A stretch of DNA of 64,000 nt from an uncultured delta proteobacterium (lineage in GTDB: Bacteria; Myxococcota_A; Polyangia; Polyangiales; Polyangiaceae), in NCBI GenBank assembly GCA_963696385.1, contig CAVOKF010000005.1, positions 544,001 through 608,000 on the forward strand, read 5' to 3'. A program made the position numbers and the translations under genes. The notes under the pieces are model-generated. The model was not told the DNA's origin and did not search any database. It saw nothing but the letters and a program-made list of their open reading frames with translations. This document shows, piece by piece, positions 50,226 to 61,600 of this stretch. Positions within the stretch are counted from its first letter, which is position 1; each line of letters begins with the position of its first letter.

Positions 50226-53051
50226 TTGAGCCCCCGTGGCCTCAAGGCCGTCCGTGGCGTTCCAACGTCAACCTACCGCCTTCAGTTGCACGGCCACTTT
50301 GGGTTTCGAGACGCCGCTCGCGTCGCAGACTATCTCGCGAAGCTGGGCGTGGGCGCAGTCTACGTGTCACCCGTTCTCCGCGCGCAGCGTGGCTCGGTGC
50401 ACGGGTACGACGTCGTGGACCACGCTGTCCTCAACCCGGAGCTCGGGACCGTCGACGAATTTCGCATCTGGAACGATGCGGTGACGGCCTCGGGCATGGG
50501 TTTCCTCATGGACTTTGTACCGAACCATGTGGGCGTCGGCACGGGCGAAAACGCGTGGTGGAACGACGTCCTCGAGAGTGGGCCGAGTTCCCCATTCGCC
50601 GACTTCTTCGATATCGAGTGGGAATCACCCGAGCCAGTCCTCCGAGGCAAGGTCCTGCTGCCCGTGCTCGCTCGCCCGTTCGGGGAAGAGGTCGACGACG
50701 GCAAAATCGCCATCGAGCGGGACGGCGGCCGGCTTTGGGTCACGTATGCCGATCGGCGCTTCCCGGCGTCCCCCCGCAGCTACGTGATCGTCCTGCAGCG
50801 GGCGGCCGGACACCTCGCTCTTGGCGACGAGAGCCCTGCCCGGCGTGATCTCGAGAGCATCGTGACAGCGATACGACACCTTCCCGACCCATCGACCGCG
50901 AATGCGTTCGAGCGTCGCGAACGGGCGCGAGAGAAGGAGGTCATCAAGCGCCGGCTCAGGGATGTCTGTACCTCGAGTCAGGAGGTCGCGACCGCCGTCG
51001 CCGAAGCGATCCAGGCCGTCTCGTCGAGCCCGGAGCGGCTCGAGCGCTTTCTGGCAGAGCAGAACTACCGTCTCAGCTTCTGGCGGGTCGCGACCGATGA
51101 AATCAACTACCGGCGATTCTTCGACGTCAACGAGCTGGCGGCCATCCGCATGGAGGCACCTGCCGTTTTCTCCGCCACGCACGGCCTGATGTTCGAACTC
51201 ATCGCCGAGGGCCGGGTGACCGGGTTGCGCCTCGACCATACCGACGGCCTATACGACCCTAACGCCTATTTTCGCGCGCTCCAGCAAGGCATCCATGGGG
51301 CTCTCGCTCGGGGTAGCGAGGACGACGACCTGCCATCGTACGTCGTCGCTGAGAAAATCTTGGCCTCCGGCGAAAGGCTGCCGCATTCCTGGGCGATTTC
51401 GGGCACGAATGGGTACGATTTTCTAGCGGCGATCAATGCGCTCTGGGTCGATCCGCAGGCCGTGGCGGCGTTCGATGACCTGTACCACCACTTCGCCGAG
51501 GGCCATCGGGACTATCAAGGCGTCGCGTATCAATCGAAGATCGATGTCATGTCGGAGACTTTTTCCGCTGAGATCCACGCTCTCGGCCACGCCCTGAAGC
51601 GAATCGCCGAGTCGTCGCGGCACGCACGCGACTTCACCCTGTCCAGTCTCCTGCGGGCCATTCAGGAGACGATCGCCGCGCTCGATGTGTACCGTACCTA
51701 TGTGCGCGACGATGGGACGCACGAAGCGAGCGACGAGTCGCGCGTCGTTGCGGCGACCGAGAGGGCTCGTCGCCGCAACCCGACGATCGATCCGGCGATC
51801 TTTCAATTCGTGCGCGAAGTTCTCCTTCTGAAGCATCCGGGCGAGGCCGCCGTCCGATTCGCGATGCGCTTCCAGCAACTCACCGGACCCATCATGGCCA
51901 AAGGCGTCGAGGACACGGCCCTCTATCGCTATAACCGCCTCATTGGCCTGAACGAAGTCGGCTGCGATCCTTCGCGCTTCGGGTCTACCATTGCCGTCTT
52001 TCATGCGCACAACGCCGCGGCGCTCGCACGCTTCCCGCTGTCGATGACCACGACCACGACCCATGACACCAAGCGCAGCGAGGACGTTCGTGCCCGGCTG
52101 GCCGTTCTCAGCGAGGTCCCCGAACGGTGGCGAGTGCTCGTGTCGCGGCTCGAGGACATCGCACGATCGTCGGTCGTTTCCGTCGACGGCTTGCCTGCGC
52201 CGTCCCCTGCCGACGCCTACCTTTTCCATCAAACGGTGGTCGGCGTCTGGCCCTACGAGGGGGTGTGCTCCGACACCGAACGCGCGGCCTTCAAAGAGCG
52301 CGTGTCCGCTTACCTGGCCAAGGCGGTGCACGAGGCGAAGGTGCGTTCGTCGTGGAAGCATCCGAACGCGGCCTACGACCAGGCCGTCCGCAGGTTCGTC
52401 GAACGAGCACTCGACTCGCCGCGGTACTGCGACGCGGTCGACGATTTCGTGCGGTCGATCGCCACCTACGGCGCGACCAACAGTCTCGCTCAAGTCGCGC
52501 TCCGGCTCGCGTCTCCCGGGGTCCCCGACGTGTACCAAGGCTGCGAGCTGTGGAACTTCTCGCTGGTCAATCCCGACAATCGCCGGAGCGTCGACTACGC
52601 ACGGCGCCGTGCCGCTCTCGACACCTTGGCGAGCCGAGGCGCACCGACTGTGGAGGTGGCGCGTGAACTCGTCCGGTCGTTTACCGACGGGCGCATCAAA
52701 ATGCTGGTCACACACACCGGACTGACACTGAGGCGTCGCGACCCTGCGCTCTTTCTCGAAGGCGCGTACGATTCCATCGACGCGGGAGCGCATGCTGTAG
52801 CATTCGAGCGGTCACTCGCCGGCCGCCGGTTGATATGCGTGGTACCCCGGCTTGCCCTAAAGCTCGCGCGACGCGTTGGGTCCGACGCGCGCTGGCCTCT
52901 CGGAGCGGTCTGGCAAGAGCAGCGACTGACCCTGACTCGCTCAGGGCATTTCACCCATGTGTGGACCGGCGAACGGTTCGACGGCCAATCCTGGCCCATG
53001 GGTCGGGTGCTCGGCGACTTCCCGGTGGCGTGGCTGTACGCCGCGGAGTGA
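50226..53051 (+). CDS. treY: Malto-oligosyltrehalose synthase (start uncertain)
   Basis: PTSTYRLQ, HGYDVVD, INYRRFFD, RLDHTDGL, THDTKRSED. Confidence 0.95.
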   Translation: MSPRGLKAVRGVPTSTYRLQLHGHFGFRDAARVADYLAKLGVGAVYVSPVLRAQRGSVHGYDVVDHAVLNPELGTVDEFRIWNDAVTASGMGFLMDFVPNHVGVGTGENAWWNDVLESGPSSPFADFFDIEWESPEPVLRGKVLLPVLARPFGEEVDDGKIAIERDGGRLWVTYADRRFPASPRSYVIVLQRAAGHLALGDESPARRDLESIVTAIRHLPDPSTANAFERRERAREKEVIKRRLRDVCTSSQEVATAVAEAIQAVSSSPERLERFLAEQNYRLSFWRVATDEINYRRFFDVNELAAIRMEAPAVFSATHGLMFELIAEGRVTGLRLDHTDGLYDPNAYFRALQQGIHGALARGSEDDDLPSYVVAEKILASGERLPHSWAISGTNGYDFLAAINALWVDPQAVAAFDDLYHHFAEGHRDYQGVAYQSKIDVMSETFSAEIHALGHALKRIAESSRHARDFTLSSLLRAIQETIAALDVYRTYVRDDGTHEASDESRVVAATERARRRNPTIDPAIFQFVREVLLLKHPGEAAVRFAMRFQQLTGPIMAKGVEDTALYRYNRLIGLNEVGCDPSRFGSTIAVFHAHNAAALARFPLSMTTTTTHDTKRSEDVRARLAVLSEVPERWRVLVSRLEDIARSSVVSVDGLPAPSPADAYLFHQTVVGVWPYEGVCSDTERAAFKERVSAYLAKAVHEAKVRSSWKHPNAAYDQAVRRFVERALDSPRYCDAVDDFVRSIATYGATNSLAQVALRLASPGVPDVYQGCELWNFSLVNPDNRRSVDYARRRAALDTLASRGAPTVEVARELVRSFTDGRIKMLVTHTGLTLRRRDPALFLEGAYDSIDAGAHAVAFERSLAGRRLICVVPRLALKLARRVGSDARWPLGAVWQEQRLTLTRSGHFTHVWTGERFDGQSWPMGRVLGDFPVAWLYAAE

Positions 53052-53080
53052 GGGGGAGCGTCGTTCATCCGGGCTGCCTC

Positions 53081-53096
53081 CGGCACGTCGCATGCT
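53081..53096 (+). promoter_or_regulatory. sigma54-type promoter for glgX
   Basis: CGGCACGTCGCATGCT. Confidence 0.6.
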
Positions 53097-53108
53097 TTCC
53101 CGATGGGC

Positions 53109-55466
53109 ATGCCCAAGACGGTTCCGGGTCTTCCGTACCCCCTCGGCGCCACGCCGGACGCAAAAGGCACGAACTTCGCCGTGTTCTCCGAGAATGCGAC
53201 GAGTGTCGAGCTTTGCCTGCTTGGCGCTTCCGGCGACCAAACGCGCGTGCCCCTTCGCGAGCGCACCGCATTTGTCTGGCACGCACACGTGGCCGGCGTG
53301 CGTTCAGGAACACGCTACGGCTACCGGGTGAAGGGCCCTTACGACCCGGCCAACGGTCTGCGCTTCAACGACCGCGTGTTGCTGTTGGACCCCTACGCAA
53401 AGGCCGTCGATGGGGTCGAGCGCTGGGACGACGGATTGTTTGCCTACGAGCCGGGCGGCGACGACGCGGACTTGACCAAGAGTGAGCGAGACGTCCTCGG
53501 TGCGCCCCGCGCGGTAGTCATCGATTCGTCGTTCGATTGGGAGGACGACGCACGGCCGAACATCCCGTTTCACAGGACAGTCATCTACGAAACCCATGTC
53601 CGGGGACTGACGATGCGCCACCCCCAAGTCCCCGAGCGGATTCGTGGCAAGTTCGCGGGCGTCGCGAGCGATCCCGTCATCCGACACCTCAAGGAGCTCG
53701 GAATCAACGCCGTCGAGCTTTTGCCCGTGCACGCGTTCGTCGACGACAAATCGCTTTTGGACCGAGGACTGCGCAACTATTGGGGTTATCACAGTATCGG
53801 ATTTTTCGCGCCGGACAGTCGATACCGCACGATCGACATTCCGGGCGAAGGCGTCCGCGAGTTCAAGGAAATGGTCAAAAAACTCCATCGGAACGGCATT
53901 GAAGTGATTCTGGACGTCGTCTACAACCATACGGCCGAAGGCAATCACTTAGGGCCGACCCTCTCGTTCAAAGGCATCGACAACCCCACCTACTATCGGT
54001 TGGACGAACGGCGGCGCTATTATTTTGATTACACGGGGACGGGAAACAGCCTGAACGTTCGCCATCCGCAGACGCTGCAGCTCATCATGGACTCTTTACG
54101 GTACTGGGCCACCGAAATGCACGTCGATGGCTTCCGCTTCGATCTGGCTTCGACGCTCGCCCGATCCCTGCAGGAAGTGGATCAGCTCTCGAGCTTCTTC
54201 ACCATCATCCACCAAGACCCCGTGTTGAGCCAGCTCAAGCTGATTGCCGAACCCTGGGACGTCGGCGAGGGCGGCTATCAGGTCGGCAACTTTCCGATCC
54301 GGTGGACGGAATGGAACGGCAAGTACAGAGACGCCATGCGTGCGTTCTGGAAGGGCGATGGCGGTCTCTCGGGCGAGCTCGCCTACCGGCTGAGCGGGAG
54401 CAGCGACCTGTACGAGAACGATGGGCGACGTCCCTATTCGAGCATCAACTTCTTCGTCGCGCACGACGGCTTTACCTTGCGCGATCTCGTTTCGTACGAC
54501 CACAAGCACAACGAGGCCAACGGCGAAGAAGGCAAGGATGGATCGAACGACAACGCGTCGTGGAACTGCGGGGCCGAGGGGCCCACGCAACTCGACGCTG
54601 TCTTGAGGCTTCGGGCGCGACAGCAGCGCAACATGCTTGCCACCCTGCTCTTGTCCCAAGGAACACCAATGATCTGCGGTGGAGACGAGCTCGGAAGAAC
54701 GCAGAACGGAAACAACAACGCCTATTGCCAAGACAACGAGACGAGTTGGTACGACTGGCAACTGGATGACGAACGGACGTCTTTTCTCGCCTTCACGCGA
54801 AAGGTTATCCAATTGCGCTTGAGCCATCCCGCCCTGCATCGCGCAAAGTTCTTTAAGGGCCGGGCCCTCCATGGCGCCGACATCCGAGACATCATGTGGT
54901 TTCGCTACGACGGTGAGGAGATGACCGATCAGGATTGGAAAACGGCCTATACGCGCGCTCTGCAGATGCAGGTGGCGGGGCTCGGCATCGACGAGGTCGA
55001 CGAATGGGGGGAGCCGGTCGTCGACGACGACCTGTTACTGATCATCAATGCGGGACACGAACCGCTCGACTTCACGACACCGGCAACTGACTTGGCAGCT
55101 CCCGAATGGACACTGCTTCTCGACACCAACGACGACAAGGCGACCGGGACGGTCGGTCCCCATGCCGCAACGCGGTTGGAGGCGCGGTCGCTCAAGCTGC
55201 TCGCCCGCGAGGCCCAGGGTCCGAGGATCACGCTAGCCCCCCGTCCATCGTCGCGACGCAACACTGACCCGACGCAAACGCTCCGGGCGGGCTATCGGCC
55301 GCCTTCGTCGGTGCGGCGAGCGGCGCGTCGGAGGAGTCCGGCGGCGGCTAAGGAGGCGGCGGGGGAGTGGGAGTGGGCCCCGGGGTCGGAGGAGTCGGAG
55401 CGGGCCCCGGCTGTGGAGGCGTCGGGCTGGGAGCCGGCGGGGTGGGGGTCGGCGCCGGAGGCGTAG
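53109..55466 (+). CDS. glgX: Glycogen debranching enzyme (isoamylase type); C-terminal ~75 aa suspect
   Basis: [45 protein letters not shown]. Confidence 0.95.
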   Translation: MPKTVPGLPYPLGATPDAKGTNFAVFSENATSVELCLLGASGDQTRVPLRERTAFVWHAHVAGVRSGTRYGYRVKGPYDPANGLRFNDRVLLLDPYAKAVDGVERWDDGLFAYEPGGDDADLTKSERDVLGAPRAVVIDSSFDWEDDARPNIPFHRTVIYETHVRGLTMRHPQVPERIRGKFAGVASDPVIRHLKELGINAVELLPVHAFVDDKSLLDRGLRNYWGYHSIGFFAPDSRYRTIDIPGEGVREFKEMVKKLHRNGIEVILDVVYNHTAEGNHLGPTLSFKGIDNPTYYRLDERRRYYFDYTGTGNSLNVRHPQTLQLIMDSLRYWATEMHVDGFRFDLASTLARSLQEVDQLSSFFTIIHQDPVLSQLKLIAEPWDVGEGGYQVGNFPIRWTEWNGKYRDAMRAFWKGDGGLSGELAYRLSGSSDLYENDGRRPYSSINFFVAHDGFTLRDLVSYDHKHNEANGEEGKDGSNDNASWNCGAEGPTQLDAVLRLRARQQRNMLATLLLSQGTPMICGGDELGRTQNGNNNAYCQDNETSWYDWQLDDERTSFLAFTRKVIQLRLSHPALHRAKFFKGRALHGADIRDIMWFRYDGEEMTDQDWKTAYTRALQMQVAGLGIDEVDEWGEPVVDDDLLLIINAGHEPLDFTTPATDLAAPEWTLLLDTNDDKATGTVGPHAATRLEARSLKLLAREAQGPRITLAPRPSSRRNTDPTQTLRAGYRPPSSVRRAARRRSPAAAKEAAGEWEWAPGSEESERAPAVEASGWEPAGWGSAPEA

Positions 55467-55614
55467 GTACCGGATTCGGCGGGGGCAATGGGTTCGGCGT
55501 CGGCTGCCCGGGCTGCCACACGTGGGGCGTGTCGATTGCCGCCGCATCTGTGGCGCCAATGACACCTAGGGACGGCGCGAAACAAACGATCGCAAAGAGA
55601 GCGCTGCGGTTCAT
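55348..55614 (-). CDS. Secreted Pro/Thr-rich small protein
   Basis: GAGG before ATG, signal peptide, PTPP repeats; overlaps the glgX ORF tail. Confidence 0.65.
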   Translation of the reverse strand: MNRSALFAIVCFAPSLGVIGATDAAAIDTPHVWQPGQPTPNPLPPPNPVPTPPAPTPTPPAPSPTPPQPGPAPTPPTPGPTPTPPPPP

Positions 55615-55818
55615 GGTGACCTCGAGAGTGAGATGGGTGACGGGCTGTCGAACACGTCCGGATCAGTCCCGGGACAGAGACAGCCTTGCCCCTCGGGACG
55701 TGAAAATCGGGACGTGAAGCGTTTTGGCGCGGAGACAGAATCCCGCTGCGTCGTAGAGCAAGACGCGAACCGGAACGACAGGGCCCCCGCCGTCCCCAGA
55801 TCGTCGCAGGCCACGAGC

Positions 55819-56061
55819 CTAACGACGGGCCAAGACCCAGGTGACCGCGTAGCCGACCGCGGCCAAGACCCATATGACGACTCGGACGCGCGCGCGTTCG
55901 TGCCAGCCCCACCATGGGGTGAGGGGCGCGACGAAGAATGCGACCGGGGCGCGCCATCGCGGTCGGCTACGAGCAAGATGGATCGTCAGCGTGACGTGAC
56001 TTGTCACAAGCGTGGCGAAAGCGACGACGAGTCCAATGAGGACGAGCCAATCTCGGGTCAT
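55819..56061 (-). CDS. Small membrane protein
   Basis: 80 aa, strongly hydrophobic; GG-N10-GC motif at 56124-56139 upstream. Confidence 0.65.
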   Translation of the reverse strand: MTRDWLVLIGLVVAFATLVTSHVTLTIHLARSRPRWRAPVAFFVAPLTPWWGWHERARVRVVIWVLAAVGYAVTWVLARR

Positions 56062-56173
56062 TGCATGGTCCGTTGAAGCGTCGATGTCTCAGCCCTCTCG
56101 CGGCGCAGACGAAGCCACGAACTCGCACGGGACATGCCGTCCGACCGAAACCGCAAGTCGACGCCGTTCGGCT

Positions 56174-56400
56174 CGGCACGGCCGGTGCTTGCCGTGGGGG
56201 TGCTGCCCCGGACGGGCTGTTGCTACGGACCACCACCGCACCGAAGGCGTCGTGGCCAATCGTTAGGGCGCCTGGCATGTCGAGTGCTTGCTCGAGGGTG
56301 CGGCACCTTGAGGTGCCGAAACCGACGAGAGCTCGCCTCGGGCGTCTCGCGGCGCCCCGCCACGTCCCGTTTCCAACTTCGGTTCAGGCACATCGATTGC
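56174..56400 (+). promoter_or_regulatory. Three tandem sigma54-type motifs upstream of the TamA-like gene
   Basis: CGGCACGGCCGGTGC (56174), TGGCATGTCGAGTGC (56273), AGGCACATCGATTGC (56386). Confidence 0.55.
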
Positions 56401-56490
56401 CGAGCTTCGATATATCCGATGGACAACTGCACGCGCTTGCCGTGGACGATTGGACCCATACGTGAAATCATTCCGACTCTCATCCATCCG

Positions 56491-58686
56491 GTGGCTCGGG
56501 GCGTGGCCATTGCGTGTCTTCTGGTGACGGTGGCATGCAGCAAAATTCCGCCCGGTCGTTCGGCGGTAGACTCCGTGTCCATTGTCGACGCGAAAGGGAT
56601 TGAAGCGAGCCAGACCGAAGACCAAATCGCGACAGCAGCGTCGGCGAAGTTTCTATTCCTGTTTCAGGGCATCGCGTACGACTACTCGACGTACGATGAG
56701 GCCACGCTGCAACGCGATATGGCGCGCGTCGAGCGGTTCTATCGGTCGAAGGGCTTTTTCGATGCGCACGCGCGGGTCGCGCGAGTCCTCCAAGTCAATT
56801 CCAAGCACGTTCGGGTGCAGATCGTGGTCGACGAAGGCCTGGCGACCCTCAACCGAAATATCACCATCGTGGGCCTCGACGAACTACCTTCGCGGATTGC
56901 GGACGCCGTTCGCCAAGCGGGACGGGATGCGCTGGCTTCTGGCGATCGATTCGACGAGGCCAAGTTCAAGGACTCCAAAACCGCCGTTACAAGAGCGCTG
57001 ACGGATCGGGGCTACGCCTACGCGACGGTCGATGCCCAGGCCGAGGTCGATATTGGCGCGCACGTTGCCGATTACGGATTCAAAGTCGTTCCCGGACCGC
57101 CTGCGGTCTTCGGGGCGATTGCGATCCAGGGGCTCGACCCGGACGGCAATGGGCCCCGAAAGGCGGAAATTCCCGAAGCCCCCCTGCGGCGCGCCATGGA
57201 TATCCAGCCCGGAACGGCTTATTCGACGGCCCAAGTGGACTCCGCGACCCAAGCGCTGCTGGACCTGCAGGTATTCTCGGCGGTCCGCATCATTCCGTCG
57301 CTTTCGAATCCGCCGCCGGCCGACGCGGTCGTTCCGTTGACCGTCAAGGTGGAGCCCACGCGTCTGCGCGAGCTCAAGCTGGGCGGAGGACTCGAGCTCG
57401 ACGAGATCAAGACCGACCTGCATGCAATCGCCGGATGGGAAAACCACAACTTTCTCGGCGGTCTTCGCGACTTCAGCGTCCAGTTCAAACCCGGGCTCGT
57501 CCTCTACCCGTACCGGGTGGATAATTGGAGTGGGACCTTTCACCCGATTCCCGAAGAGTGGTTGAAGACCGAGCTTCGACAGCCCGGCTTCGTCGAGGCG
57601 CGGACGACAGGCTTCATTCGTCCGGAGTTCAACGTCTTCCCGATGCTCGTCGAGGTAGATCCGTCGCCGAATTCACCCGTCCCGGGGTTTCGCGAAGTGA
57701 AGCTCGTGGCCGGCGTCGATCGGACCCTGTGGAAGAAGCTCTACGTGGCCCTCGACTACACCCTTCAGGTGGAGGACCCATTCTCGTACCTCTACCCGCT
57801 CGATCCGGATATTCGGACGTTGTTCATTTCTTTTCCCGAGCTGACCCTCCATCTGGACTTTCGCGACAGTGCGGTCCGTCCTCACAAGGGCATGTATCTG
57901 GGCAATGTACTTGAGGCTGCGGGTGGTGTTTTCGGGGGAACGGCGACGGATGTGCGGGTGCAGCCGGAAGTTCGAACGTACGTTCCCATCGCGCGTGGCG
58001 TCACGTTTGCGACGCGAGCATCCGTGGGCTTTCTCTGGGCATCGAACTACGGCAAACAGTGGGCGTCAGAGCTGGACCAGTCGGCCGCGATCGCGGCGGG
58101 CGGGGCGTCGCCGGCCCGTCTCAACCTGGAACGTGACGTCGAGACGATGTACTTTCGCGGCTTTTTTTCCGGCGGGCCCGCGACGAATCGAGGCTATCCG
58201 CTTCTCGGTGTCTCGCCGCACGGTGTGGTGCCGTTTCTCAACCCGGGCACCGCCGCGCAGCAGGTTCAATTCAATTGCAACCCGGCAGATTTCACGCCGA
58301 ACTCGATAGCTTCCGCGCAATCGTGTTTTCTCCCCGCCGGAGGCTTCACGCTGTGGGAATTGCAAAATGCCGTTCGTTTCGATATCTCCGGGCCGCTGTC
58401 GGGCGCTCTGTTCTGCGATATGAGCGACGTATCGCCGCGAGAAAACGATATTCGCCTCGGCTACCTTCACCTGTCCTGCGGCGTGGGCGCGGCCTACGAC
58501 ACCCCGGTGGGTCCGATTCGACTGGACATCGGCTACCGCGTTCCGCCCTTGCAAGTGATCGGCTTCAAAAACGAAACCGAAGCGGCCTACGCCGATTCCC
58601 CGGACAAGCAACCCACGGGCGGCATCCAACCTAGAATTTTCGGACAACCGATCGCGCTGGCTTTCGGGATAGGCCAGGCGTTCTGA
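56491..58686 (+). CDS. Omp85/TamA-like outer membrane protein with POTRA domains (start uncertain)
   Basis: Lipobox-like TVAC, FYRSKGFF and DRGY POTRA motifs, FFSGG..NRGY, TPVGPIRLD, C-terminal IGQAF. Confidence 0.9.
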   Translation: MARGVAIACLLVTVACSKIPPGRSAVDSVSIVDAKGIEASQTEDQIATAASAKFLFLFQGIAYDYSTYDEATLQRDMARVERFYRSKGFFDAHARVARVLQVNSKHVRVQIVVDEGLATLNRNITIVGLDELPSRIADAVRQAGRDALASGDRFDEAKFKDSKTAVTRALTDRGYAYATVDAQAEVDIGAHVADYGFKVVPGPPAVFGAIAIQGLDPDGNGPRKAEIPEAPLRRAMDIQPGTAYSTAQVDSATQALLDLQVFSAVRIIPSLSNPPPADAVVPLTVKVEPTRLRELKLGGGLELDEIKTDLHAIAGWENHNFLGGLRDFSVQFKPGLVLYPYRVDNWSGTFHPIPEEWLKTELRQPGFVEARTTGFIRPEFNVFPMLVEVDPSPNSPVPGFREVKLVAGVDRTLWKKLYVALDYTLQVEDPFSYLYPLDPDIRTLFISFPELTLHLDFRDSAVRPHKGMYLGNVLEAAGGVFGGTATDVRVQPEVRTYVPIARGVTFATRASVGFLWASNYGKQWASELDQSAAIAAGGASPARLNLERDVETMYFRGFFSGGPATNRGYPLLGVSPHGVVPFLNPGTAAQQVQFNCNPADFTPNSIASAQSCFLPAGGFTLWELQNAVRFDISGPLSGALFCDMSDVSPRENDIRLGYLHLSCGVGAAYDTPVGPIRLDIGYRVPPLQVIGFKNETEAAYADSPDKQPTGGIQPRIFGQPIALAFGIGQAF

Positions 58687-61600
58687 TGTCGACGCCGGCG
58701 GTCTTGCGCCCTGTCGACTCGGGGGCTTGCCCGGCAGCCGATCGACACCCGAATCGGGTGAGCCCGATCCGCGTTCTTCGGTGGCTCGGAGCGTTCATCG
58801 GTGCCGCGGTCCTGTTTGCCCTGAGCGCCGGGGTCGGTTTGATCACCCAACTCGACACGCCGTGTGTTCGGAAGGTGGTCGCCGCGGAGGTGAATGGGGT
58901 TCTCGGACCTTTGTTTAAGGGACGGGTCCATGTCGACCGACTGGGTGCCCTCGGGGTCTTGGGTCTCGCCGGCATGGACGTGACGGTCGACGATCCGACG
59001 GGTCGTCCTGTGCTGGTGGCGCGCGGCGTTCGCGGTACGGTTGCCACCTTCGCCGCCGTGCGGTCGGCGTGGCTCGACACCAAGCACCCCCTCACGATCG
59101 ACTTGAAGGAAGTCGGTGTCGATGAGCTCGACGTCCGTTTGGACACCGATTCCAGGGGCGAGCTCGATCTGCTCGATGCGTTCGCCTCCAAAACGCCGAG
59201 CACCGCGGCCAATCCGAACGCACGCGGCCTGCGCCTCGTCGTCGGCGCTCTCGCCGTGCGACACGCGCGAGCGCACGGGCAGATGGCGGGCGCCCCCTCG
59301 TTGGACATCGCCATGGACGACTTCGCCGGGACTCTCACCTACGCGCCTGACGTCCTCCAGGGGGACGTATCGCGCGCCACGTTAGCCGCTCGCCGCTTGG
59401 CCATGGGCGCCGACGTCACCGGGACGCTGCACGGCCACGTTCGAGAACCGTCGGACCCGAAGGCGAAAATGGACGCGTGGGTCGACTGGCAAGGGCTCGT
59501 GGCCGGCATGCCGCATGGGATCCACGCCACCCTCACACAAGACAAGCTGGATGCCACGGTCGACATATCGAGGATCGATCCCGAAAGCATCCGCGTGCTA
59601 TGGGCCGCTTCCCCGATCGACCGATCCGGCACGATTCACGCCGAGGTGCATGGGATGCTTCCCAACGTCGACGCAACGCTGATCGCGGCGTTGGGGGCTG
59701 CTCGGCTCACGGCGAAGGCCCGTACGTCCATCGGGGACGAGAAGCGCGCGCAGGTATCATTCGAGGTGGCTGACATCGATGTCCACGAGTTTGCCGCCTC
59801 GGCGCCGAAGTCGCGTCTCGGTCTTGACGGGTTCGCCCGTGGGGCCGCGAAATCCGATGGCACCTTCGACATGGATCTCGGCGTCCGTTTTCGCAGCGGA
59901 AGCCTTGGCGCTTACGACGCACCGCCCGTATCGATCACCGCGACGGCCCGGCGTACAAATCCCGACACGCTTGCCGCGCATGCCGACGTGGTCGTCGACG
60001 AGCCCGCCGCACCGACGCGTCTCGCGCTAGCCGCCTCCGCCAAGGACTCGTCGTCGGTACTCGACTTCGATCTGACTTCAGACGTCCCGGATCTGGATCG
60101 GCTGCCGCAGCTCAAGCACCTCCTACGAGGTGCGGTGTCCGTTCGGGCAAACGGCGAACTCGACCTCGGGCGGTCAATCGTCGATGGCGTCGTGCACGCG
60201 CGCGCCGCCAAAATCATTCAGGGAGCGACGCGCGTCGACAGGGCAGTCTTGGATGCGGGCCTCCGAGGAGCGGTGGCTGACCCCCGGATCGACCTCGCCC
60301 TCCTTGCTCAAGGAGTGGCGATCGCTGGGCGGCATCTCGGCCGCGCCGACGTGACGGTCACGGGCCACGTGCGCGCCCCCCACGTCACCGCGTCGGTTCG
60401 CGGTCAGGATGTTCCGGACGTCGACGCGAGCGCAGACCTAGCGCTGCGGAGCGGAGTGTCGGTTCGTGCGCCGCGCATCGCCCTGTCGCGGTCGGGTGAG
60501 CGCGCCCTCGTGACGGCGCACGACGTGAGCATCGATGGGAGCGACATTCGCGTCCAAGGCGCGCGGATCGAAGGGATCGGTCACCCCGTGGCGGCGACGT
60601 TTTCGATGTCGCCGCAGCGCGTGCGAGTTCAGGCCACCGCGACCGAGGGGATCGACTTGGCGCGGGTGGGTCGATTGGTGCACGTCGAGAAGACGCTACG
60701 AAGCGGGACCCTGGCGTTCGATGCCGACGTGACCGCCCGAACCGATGGCGCCAGGGGCCGCGCGAGCTTCACGTTGAGCCGGGCGGCGATCGCGAGCGTC
60801 AACGATGCCGCTGTGCATCTCGAGCTCGAGCTCGAAGGTCGCAGGGTAACGGGCAAGGCGCATGCGCAAGCCGCCAGGGTCGGGTCGGTGGACATCGACG
60901 CGCGCAACGTCGCGTTCGCCGGGGCGGGCCCTCTGACTCGCTCGTCGTGGAAAGAGGTCTCGGGGTGGTTCGGAATCGAGGGCCGCGTCGATCTCGCCGA
61001 AGCGGCAGCGCTGATCCCGTCCCAGGACGTACCGCTCGAGGCTCATGGCGAAGTCACCTTCAAAGCGCACGGGGCCCGCGATCCGGGTGGCGCCTGGACA
61101 CCCGACGTCGGCATTTCGGTGACGACGACGAATCTGCAGCTCGCGCCCGGGACGTCGAAGGAGCGCGCCATCGACGGCGTACTCGTTCTGCCGGCGCCGC
61201 GCTGGCATCTCCAAGGGGTCGACTTCAAGGCCGATGCGACTCTCGAAGGCCACACGGGTGTTCTCGAGCTGTCGACCCAGGCTCGGGACAGGACGGGCGT
61301 GTTGGCCGATCTGCAGGTCCGGTCAGCGAGCTTCCCCTACGAGGACGCGTTTTTGCGAACCGGCCGCCTGTCGACCGATCTGCACGACACGCCCTTCGAC
61401 CTCCGTTGGGTCGTCCCCGAGCGCGGCCTTGGAACATGGCCGGATTGGGTCAAGCAAGACATCGTCGACGGCAGGCTCCAGGCGAGCGTCGCGTTTCACG
61501 GAACCATCCTGGCACCGACGTTGGATCTGGCAGCCACCTTGAAGGGCTCGCGCTTCTCGAGCCGCGCCGCGCCGATCGATTTCGACGTTCATGCCCACTA

